Part shown: positions 17,211 to 23,649 of the stretch, piece by piece
Numbering within the stretch: position 1 is the first letter of the stretch
Layout of the letters: each line of letters opens with the position of its first letter
Origin: a virus
Direction: 5' to 3' (one strand)
DNA: 64,000 nt
Virus record (IMG/VR): IMGVR_UViG_3300032770_000013
Coordinates: 1-64,000 of that record
The notes under the pieces: model-generated
What the model was told of the DNA's origin: nothing
What the model saw: only the letters and a program-made list of their open reading frames with translations
Database searches by the model: none
Position numbers and translations under genes: made by a program

Positions 17211-17500
17211 ATGGACGGGCGATCTGCTGAGCATCCCGAAGGAGGCAGTCGCACAACGCCGCGTCCAATTATTCTGGACGTTCACGATGTCAAAACATCC
17301 CGACGCTCTTTCGAGGTCGTCAGGCAGTTTGGATGGAGTGCGGCTCGCGGAGATTTTAGACTTTGGGGAACTTTGCGGGCCGTCTCGGTCCTCTCTGCCT
17401 GTGTTTGGCAGAGGGAGATTGACCCGCTGCCGTTTAGTCTTTCGTCCTTAACCCTTGTTCGGGCTTCATCACGCACGAATGCAACCAATCGCTTGGGCGA
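17211..17500 (-). promoter_or_regulatory. Structured leader of the tRNA operon with hairpin and boxA-like site
   Basis: Several stems; hairpin 17299-17324 followed by TGTTTTGACATCGT (17284-17297). Confidence 0.5.
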
Positions 17501-17586
17501 TTAAATCGCCGGGCGGCGGTTGTTAGTGCGGTATATGGGCGTATCGAAAGCATAGCTTCCTCTAAACGATGGTAGCCCATAGCAGC

Positions 17587-17613
17587 AAAAAAGCGGCCCC
17601 GCAAGGGGGCCGC
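17587..17613 (-). terminator. Intrinsic terminator
   Basis: GCGGCCCC stem followed by T6. Confidence 0.8.
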
Positions 17614-17639
17614 CCCTACAAACTAACGCTACGAAAGCG

Positions 17640-18059
17640 TTACGCCGAGACGGCGATTCTCTTCTGCTCCTCGGCTTCCGCCTCATTGCGAGGCGCCGCC
17701 GGCAATTGCAGGACTGTGGCCTTCTGCCCTTCGATGAGATCGTTGAGCATGACGATCTTGCCGTCGGGGAGTTCCAGCGCGTCGTGATGCTTGTGGGCGA
17801 TATGCTTGTCGATCTGGCGGAAGCGGGCGACCTTGTGCCCGTGGTCGATCGCCTCTGAACTCCACCACAGACCATAAGTCTTGGTCCGGATATTGTCGTC
17901 AAAGGCGAGTTCGCTGCCTGGAAGTAGGCAAACCGCGACGGTCTTGTCGTCAGCAGCAGCAAAGCCCTTGCTGGTTGAGCTCTCGAAGCCGGTGGAGACG
18001 AGCTTGTCGTCTACTGCGGCGGCACGAGATTTCACGCTAGCCAATGAGAAGTCGCACAG
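17640..18059 (-). CDS. Conserved rhizobial-type hypothetical protein (MCDYSL-like N-terminus), CTG start
   Basis: AAAGGA RBS then CTG TGC GAC TTC TCA TTG; AVCLLPGSELAF and HHDALELPDG motifs. Confidence 0.7.
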   Translation of the reverse strand: MCDFSLASVKSRAAAVDDKLVSTGFESSTSKGFAAADDKTVAVCLLPGSELAFDDNIRTKTYGLWWSSEAIDHGHKVARFRQIDKHIAHKHHDALELPDGKIVMLNDLIEGQKATVLQLPAAPRNEAEAEEQKRIAVSA

Positions 18060-18128
18060 GTTGAAGTGTCCTTTCGACCGGTTAGAGTTGAACCAAACGA
18101 ATCGGAAAGCCTGACTGCAACAATTCTA

Positions 18129-19046
18129 CTACAATTTCGCCATCGGCACTATGCCAAGCCGATCGAGCGCATTCCCAATGCAAGCGGCTGGCGTCAGAAT
18201 ATCTCTAAACCTCTCAAACTGCTTGGCATACAGCGCCTTCCAGAACGGCTTGTAGGATTCCGCCTCCCGGTAAAACCCGTCCAAGCTATCCGCAAAGCTG
18301 ATGATCTGATTCCAAGGCGCAGCCAATTCATGCGGCTCCGCAATGACCGGGCGTCCAAGGCTTAATGCCGACGCGCAGCGAGAGGACGACACCAGCCCCA
18401 TTTTCTCAAGGATCCGGATTTGCACGATAATCCGCGCACTCTGCATTTCCAGATCACGGGTCTCCTGCGCCGAAGCCGTTGGGTTATGCAAGGAAATCAA
18501 CTTGACCGTCCCGCGCCGACCAAGCTTCCTGAGAATTTTATATCGCCTGTTCGACACTGAGCCATAAAACCCGAAATCATGATCTGGCTGGCGGATTTGC
18601 GGCCGCATCATGCCGGGAGAATAGCCGAGTTCAATCTGCTCTGTCGGTGCATATTGCCCATACCAATGCGCTGTGTTCGGCACTAGAGCTAAGACGGCAT
18701 CGGCATATTTGGCGGCTTCGGGAAAAAGAGCCTGCCGCAAAACCATAAATCGATCGGCAGCATGATTAAAACCAACAAATCCAGGCTCCTCACAAGGCTC
18801 TTCAGTTGCAACAAAGATGAACCGACAATCATGTAATCTGCGCGCCTCTTTAAGCATGGCAATCGAAAGTAAATTAAATCCTTCAAAAATCAGATTTACA
18901 CCATCCTTTCCACGTAGAAATTCATCGTCCGAATGATCTATTTGATGACCTAAAGATCGGAGTTGATGGACAATAATTTGCGATGGGTCTTGTAATGACA
19001 GCCTGCCAATTTGTGAGTGATTAAAAAGATTTAACCGAAAGCGCAA
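18129..19046 (-). CDS. Glycosyltransferase-like protein (GT-B type)
   Basis: DFGFYGS...RR and VSSSRC...RPVIAE motifs; paralog of 53585-54772. Confidence 0.55.
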   Translation of the reverse strand: MRFRLNLFNHSQIGRLSLQDPSQIIVHQLRSLGHQIDHSDDEFLRGKDGVNLIFEGFNLLSIAMLKEARRLHDCRFIFVATEEPCEEPGFVGFNHAADRFMVLRQALFPEAAKYADAVLALVPNTAHWYGQYAPTEQIELGYSPGMMRPQIRQPDHDFGFYGSVSNRRYKILRKLGRRGTVKLISLHNPTASAQETRDLEMQSARIIVQIRILEKMGLVSSSRCASALSLGRPVIAEPHELAAPWNQIISFADSLDGFYREAESYKPFWKALYAKQFERFRDILTPAACIGNALDRLGIVPMAKL

Positions 19047-19048
19047 AA

Positions 19049-19139
19049 TCGCCTCGCCATACCAAACCGGGCCGATGCCAAAACATGCCTTACCTTTGCG
19101 AGCCGGGGCTTACCAAACTCCAGCATGCCGCACCATAAC
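19049..19139 (-). ncRNA. GGY-NN pentamer tract E (putative guide RNA)
   Basis: About 18 units, ending GGCGAGGCGATTTT. Confidence 0.75.
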
Positions 19140-19157
19140 TCAAAGCGATAAAAAAAT

Positions 19158-19254
19158 CCTCGCCGCGCCACACGCTGCCAGACCGTGCCGTGCCTCAGCA
19201 GACCCCGGCTCGCCCCGACAGGCCACGCAAGACCCGGCCGCAGCGTACCATGCC
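19158..19254 (-). ncRNA. GGY-NN pentamer tract D (putative guide RNA)
   Basis: 19 in-phase units, ending GGCGAGGA-T7. Confidence 0.8.
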
Positions 19255-19277
19255 TCCTTCAAAAATCGCCAAAATAT

Positions 19278-19410
19278 CCTCGCCTAATCCAAACCTCACC
19301 CGGCCTTGTCATACCTTGCCACAGCTCACTGAGCCAAGCCGGGCCGCACTTAACCTAACCTAGCCACGCCCCGCGTTGCCAAATCGCGCCCGGGATCGCC
19401 ATGCCCAACC
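19278..19410 (-). ncRNA. GGY-NN pentamer tract C (putative guide RNA)
   Basis: About 26 units, ending GGCGAGGATATTTT. Confidence 0.75.
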
Positions 19411-19421
19411 GCTCCGCAAAC

Positions 19422-20036
19422 CTACTTGAAGTTTACGATTCCAAAGCGGCCGAATGTCGGCCTAAAATCACCGATGCCGATCAAGCGACCAGCACTTTCA
19501 ATCGTTTCGCGCAAGGCATTGTGATCGACGTATTCCGGCAGCATCACGAGAAGATCAAACGTGACCTTCCAGCCGGCGCGCAAGGCAGGCCGCACGCGGT
19601 TGATACCTTGGCGCTGAATCATAACGCGCCGTTTATCCAAATAATCCCAATCCTTTACGCCGAGAGTGGCGAGCGGACTGGTGACGACAATGGCGGCCTT
19701 GAACAGGTCCATTGCGGACTTCCGCGGTGACCGCGGATCTTGCCGGAATTTCGCCGCGTTGATGATTGAGCCGCGAAGATACTCGCCGGGGACACAGATT
19801 TCACCGGCGTCGTTCCGATAGACGTAGGATTCTACGTCATCGGTCTTTTTGCCTTTGGAATTTTTAGCGGCGCGGGCTTTTTCATCGACCGCCTCGCTAT
19901 TCCATCTGTGCATTAAAAGATCGGCGGCCCCTTGAATCGTCACGCGAACCGGATATGGCTCGCTGTGAGAGATGACTTCGTTGCCACCGGAAGTCGGCTC
20001 AGAAATGTGGATAACTTTAGCTTTAGTTGCAGTCAT
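19422..20036 (-). CDS. Stand-alone RAMP/Cas7-like RNA-binding protein (Vipr-like)
   Basis: VTIQG..DLLMH, VPGEYLRGSI, RVRP and C-terminal G-loop GIGDFRPTFGRF; flanked by pentamer tracts. Confidence 0.75.
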   Translation of the reverse strand: MTATKAKVIHISEPTSGGNEVISHSEPYPVRVTIQGAADLLMHRWNSEAVDEKARAAKNSKGKKTDDVESYVYRNDAGEICVPGEYLRGSIINAAKFRQDPRSPRKSAMDLFKAAIVVTSPLATLGVKDWDYLDKRRVMIQRQGINRVRPALRAGWKVTFDLLVMLPEYVDHNALRETIESAGRLIGIGDFRPTFGRFGIVNFK

Positions 20037-20060
20037 TGTATTTGCTCCATTTTGGTTGAT

Positions 20061-20149
20061 GGAGACCTCACCGCACCGATGCTTGCCCTAGCTTGCCCAA
20101 CGCGACCTGACCAAGCCGCACCAAAGCGCGCCGTAAGCAAAAGGTCTCC
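20061..20149 (-). ncRNA. GGY-NN pentamer tract B closed by a GGAGACC/GGTCTCC stem
   Basis: About 14 units inside a 7-bp inverted repeat. Confidence 0.75.
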
Positions 20150-20269
20150 CCCGCGCTGAGCCTGCTAAGCCCGGAACGCGGTTCAGGGGTCACTTTTCAG
20201 CGACACTCAGACACGGGGAAGTTCGTGAGAGGTGCCGCGTTCTTCGCGTTAGCAGCCGCGAATGGAAAA

Positions 20270-20297
20270 ATAATACCGAAAATAAATCGAATGTCTA
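20270..20297 (-). promoter_or_regulatory. Sigma70-like promoter for tract B and the RAMP gene
   Basis: TAGACA-16nt-TATTAT. Confidence 0.5.
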
Positions 20298-20316
20298 GTG
20301 CCATTCACCAGCCCAA

Positions 20317-20332
20317 TGTTTCACGTGAAACA
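20317..20332. promoter_or_regulatory. parS-like ParB binding site
   Basis: Perfect palindrome TGTTTCACGTGAAACA. Confidence 0.7.
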
Positions 20333-20345
20333 TTTTGGTAATGTC

Positions 20346-20464
20346 GAACGGAGCCCGAAGGCCCCGTTCTCCCTTACCGAAACTCACCGCAGCCAACCGG
20401 ACCGGACAAGACCATGCCGAAGCCCACAACGGCAAACCATACCAAGGCCAGCACAAGCCCCACC
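20346..20464 (-). ncRNA. GGY-NN pentamer tract A with 3' hairpin
   Basis: About 18 units then GAACGGGGCC-TTCG-GGCTCCGTTC; TATAAT upstream at 20478-20483. Confidence 0.75.
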
Positions 20465-20517
20465 ACGTGAGGACAACATTATACAGTAATTCGTAACGTT
20501 CCAGTATATTTTCAGCT

Positions 20518-23500
20518 TCATGTTTTGCGATTCTCAACATGAGCGAACGGCTTGGTGGTCTTACCATGTTCAAGCCATTTTTTGAAATCCGGCAACGTCA
20601 TTTGGTGAATTGCGCCGACACGGTCCACTCCTCGTCCATCTGCAAATGCGCGGTGATAGACATTGGTGGCATGCTTGAGCGATGCCGCGCCAAGAATTAT
20701 TTTGTGCTCATCGAACTTCTTAGTGTCGGCGTCAACTTGATCCACGATGTAAACACATTTCGCTCGCGGGTGGTCGCACAAAAATACGTCTAGGTTATCA
20801 CCATCGGCACCATCGTGGCGTTTCAAATATCCGTAGTGGGCTGGAAGCACGCTCCGCCAAGGACGACCATCCTTATCGATGCCGCGACGGATTCCGCCTT
20901 TGCCATTTTCAATGGTGATCTGAAGTCCGAATTTGTGCAGATGGTCCTTTTTGTAATTCCCCGCTGCGATCTGCGCTTTGCTTGGATGCTTTTCGATATT
21001 CCGCACTTCGACTCTTCCCCCATGCGCCCGCTTTGGCGTCAAATTCTCGATTGCCTCATCCTTCGTCTTTCCGGTCGAGAGTAATTCGCCGTCCTTGTCG
21101 TAGACGCCCCATTTATTGAGCGGGATACCGGTAAACTCAGCCGTCAGACCTTGCGGTAATACTCGGCCGCCGCTGGCTCTTGCCTGCGCCTTTTCCTGCT
21201 GAGAGACCGTTGGCCTGCCCTGCAATTCATTCGATATATCGCTGATCCAGTTATCTTTTTGACCAGTGACGTTCATCATGAAGTTGTCGTACAGCTTTTG
21301 CGGTGTTGATTCGCTGCGCGCATCCTCCACGTTGGTCGACGGTCGAAAGTCCGCGTATGGGTCTGGTGCCGGACCGCCATCAGCTCGCTCAATTCTCTCG
21401 CGCGGCCCTATTGGATCGCTTGGATCGACGTCGGCTGTTTGCCGAGCCATCTGCCATTCGGCGTTGGATTGAGATTCGGGATGATCGTCTGGAGCGCAGA
21501 TAGAGCCGCCTTGGGCCATCCCTTGTGTATTGGTCTTTGCGAATGGATCGTAATCTACGGGAACGGTTTGGAAATGAGATGCACCCCCTGCAACCAATCC
21601 GGCGAGGCCGTATTTCTTGATGATGTCGATCAGCTTGTCGTTGAAGACGACGTAATTTCTGGTCGGATTCTCATATGAATTTATCTGCGCCTGAAGGTTT
21701 TTGATCACGCCTTCATCACCGCGCGCTTGGGCTTTTTCTAAAGCTGTCCGCAGTGCCTGCAATTGAGTCGGTGTCGCGCGAGAGCCTTGGTCTAGATATT
21801 TGATACCGGGGATTCCAGCATCGCGAAGTTGCTGCGCCACGCGCTGAACATCGGTGTGACCTTGGCCCGGCGTATGCAGACTGATTTCATTGTTGCGATA
21901 AATCTGCTCGCCGGTCTGATTCGCGTGCGCTTCTGGATGCGCGAGCCAAGCGTCTTTTAATTTTTGCTGGACAGCCGGACTCTGCTCACTCAGCGGCTTA
22001 TCCCAATCAAGGAAATGCTCGGGATCGGCGTTGATGTTGACTTCGTAGAGATTGCCAGCCTTTGATGGGTATGGTATTTCACTGCGAACATGAAGATCGC
22101 CCTTATCTGCGCTTCTTGCGGCAAGAGCTTCCTCAAGCATCGCAGTGCTTTGAGGCCCAATCAGCGGACGTTTTGCAGTCGCGAGTGCCACGTAAGGGGC
22201 CAGCATATCGACGGCCTTAACGCGGCTGGCTACAAGATTATTCGCGTTGGTAGGAAGCAAGTCTACGAGCATAGATGGATTATTGAGCAAAGCATCGGAC
22301 GTAAACTCCTTCCCACCGAGCATGTGCATCACATCAACGGGAAGAAGTCGGACAACCGCCTTTCCAATCTCCGGGTCTTGGAGGAGTCCACGCATCACCG
22401 GGAGCACGTCGCTCCTACTTTCGACATCGAGCGAGCGAAAGCCCTTTACGAGCAGGGGATTGGATACCGCAAACTTGCCGAAATTTTCGGCGTGGCTCGC
22501 CAAAACATCAGAGGGTGCTTCATACGTAGGGGCTGGCATGTTACCGGCCGTACCCGCCGTTCTATAACTCTCGGCAGTTGATGGATGCTCAGCCAGATAA
22601 ATTCCATGCCCATAAGCCTGTGCGCCTTCGCCGGTGCCGATCTTCGATAGATCGAACTTGTCGAAGTCGTAGGGGCTGCCGTGATAGGCGCGGATGCCTT
22701 GGGGTTGTGGAACTTCGGACAACAAAGGATGAATGAGCTTATCGCTTCCGACATTAGCGGGATCAAACGAATCAAAACGTGATCGCACTTGGCTCGGTTC
22801 AAAGACCATGATGTGCGGACGACCCGGCGTTCCAGTTATCTCCTTCTGCGGATCGCCAATGATCGCATCATATCCAGCGTCCCGAATGGCCTGAGCCTTT
22901 AGCGCCACAGGTGTGTCTTGACCAAGGCCGTGATAAAAAAGCGTGCTGCCGGTCCAGTATTTCAGCGGGCCACCTTCGATCATCTTTTTGGCCTGCTCGG
23001 TGCGGCCGGCGGCTTTCAAAACTTCTGCCGCTTGCTCGGCAGTTATCGGCTGGTCCATGCGAAACGGATTCTGCACTTTGAGCTTGACGGGCATGACGCG
23101 CGGAGTATCGCCGGACCAGGCGCCAGTGTGCTTATTGGCAAATTCAGCGGACGGCGTGAAATAAAAGTTGCCCCCGTATTGTATGTTGTCGCGGACCTTC
23201 ATCGGATCGAAAGCTTCGAACTCCTGCGAGCCAGTCCCGTGGAATGCGTCAATCGTCCAACCTTGCTGTGCGGCTCGCGCCATCCGGCTTGCTTCATCCA
23301 TTGGGAGCGCAGCGCGAGCGGCAGCAGTTAATTCCGGCGCAACCTTTTCGGCCGCCCCCATCGCCACCTTGGCTGCCCGCATTTCCGGCGTCAGCAACCC
23401 GGCAGCCGACATCAGCGCGAAGTTCTGCGCTTCATCGGGCGTCATCTGACCACGCAACGCGCTGATTGCATCATTGACGCCAGTCACATCGCCAGCAACA

Positions 23501-23649
23501 TTGGCGACCTTCCCGGGCATTGATGCTATATCTTGCCCTACAGTCGGTGGCGCAATTGTCTGCCCCGGCTTGGCGACTGGCCCTACCGCGAACGGATCAT
23601 GATCGACCGGAACGAGGTCATAATCAGGCTGCAATTGATCGTCGGGCAC
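20518..23649 (-). CDS. Polyvalent ejected protein: two ADP-ribosyltransferase-like domains and a C-terminal pyrophosphatase-like domain
   Basis: AFHGT..YFTP; AYHGSPYDFDKFD..GHGIYLAE; GNYKK..ITIEN..HYGY..GADGD..FDEHK. Confidence 0.7.
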   Translation of the reverse strand: MPDDQLQPDYDLVPVDHDPFAVGPVAKPGQTIAPPTVGQDIASMPGKVANVAGDVTGVNDAISALRGQMTPDEAQNFALMSAAGLLTPEMRAAKVAMGAAEKVAPELTAAARAALPMDEASRMARAAQQGWTIDAFHGTGSQEFEAFDPMKVRDNIQYGGNFYFTPSAEFANKHTGAWSGDTPRVMPVKLKVQNPFRMDQPITAEQAAEVLKAAGRTEQAKKMIEGGPLKYWTGSTLFYHGLGQDTPVALKAQAIRDAGYDAIIGDPQKEITGTPGRPHIMVFEPSQVRSRFDSFDPANVGSDKLIHPLLSEVPQPQGIRAYHGSPYDFDKFDLSKIGTGEGAQAYGHGIYLAEHPSTAESYRTAGTAGNMPAPTYEAPSDVLASHAENFGKFAVSNPLLVKGFRSLDVESRSDVLPVMRGLLQDPEIGKAVVRLLPVDVMHMLGGKEFTSDALLNNPSMLVDLLPTNANNLVASRVKAVDMLAPYVALATAKRPLIGPQSTAMLEEALAARSADKGDLHVRSEIPYPSKAGNLYEVNINADPEHFLDWDKPLSEQSPAVQQKLKDAWLAHPEAHANQTGEQIYRNNEISLHTPGQGHTDVQRVAQQLRDAGIPGIKYLDQGSRATPTQLQALRTALEKAQARGDEGVIKNLQAQINSYENPTRNYVVFNDKLIDIIKKYGLAGLVAGGASHFQTVPVDYDPFAKTNTQGMAQGGSICAPDDHPESQSNAEWQMARQTADVDPSDPIGPRERIERADGGPAPDPYADFRPSTNVEDARSESTPQKLYDNFMMNVTGQKDNWISDISNELQGRPTVSQQEKAQARASGGRVLPQGLTAEFTGIPLNKWGVYDKDGELLSTGKTKDEAIENLTPKRAHGGRVEVRNIEKHPSKAQIAAGNYKKDHLHKFGLQITIENGKGGIRRGIDKDGRPWRSVLPAHYGYLKRHDGADGDNLDVFLCDHPRAKCVYIVDQVDADTKKFDEHKIILGAASLKHATNVYHRAFADGRGVDRVGAIHQMTLPDFKKWLEHGKTTKPFAHVENRKT
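22090..22581 (+). CDS. HNH endonuclease with zinc finger and HTH, nested antisense within the polyvalent gene
   Basis: CASC..FCSREC; YEHR..VHHINGKKSDNRLSNL; C-terminal HTH. Confidence 0.8.
   Translation: MKIALICASCGKSFLKHRSALRPNQRTFCSRECHVRGQHIDGLNAAGYKIIRVGRKQVYEHRWIIEQSIGRKLLPTEHVHHINGKKSDNRLSNLRVLEESTHHREHVAPTFDIERAKALYEQGIGYRKLAEIFGVARQNIRGCFIRRGWHVTGRTRRSITLGS

Noticed and set aside
13750-17504. ORF-track ORFs overlapping the tRNA array, other than RusA
   Set aside because: They are translations of tRNA genes with no RBS or protein motifs.
20088-20122. Contiguous NN string of tract B contains TTCACGTGAAA, resembling the nearby parS
   Set aside because: The gapped reading matches 14 codons of the RAMP gene and explains the string better, so the parS resemblance is probably coincidence.
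19049-20464. Pentamer tracts as a CRISPR array or simple microsatellite
   Set aside because: There are no 25-45 nt direct repeats with spacers. The NN positions are non-repetitive and decode to protein motifs, unlike slippage repeats.
20295-20573. 92-aa Trp/Cys-rich ORF, and similar ORFs at 19075-19287 and 37778-38449
   Set aside because: They are by-products of the pentamer tracts or antisense to real genes.
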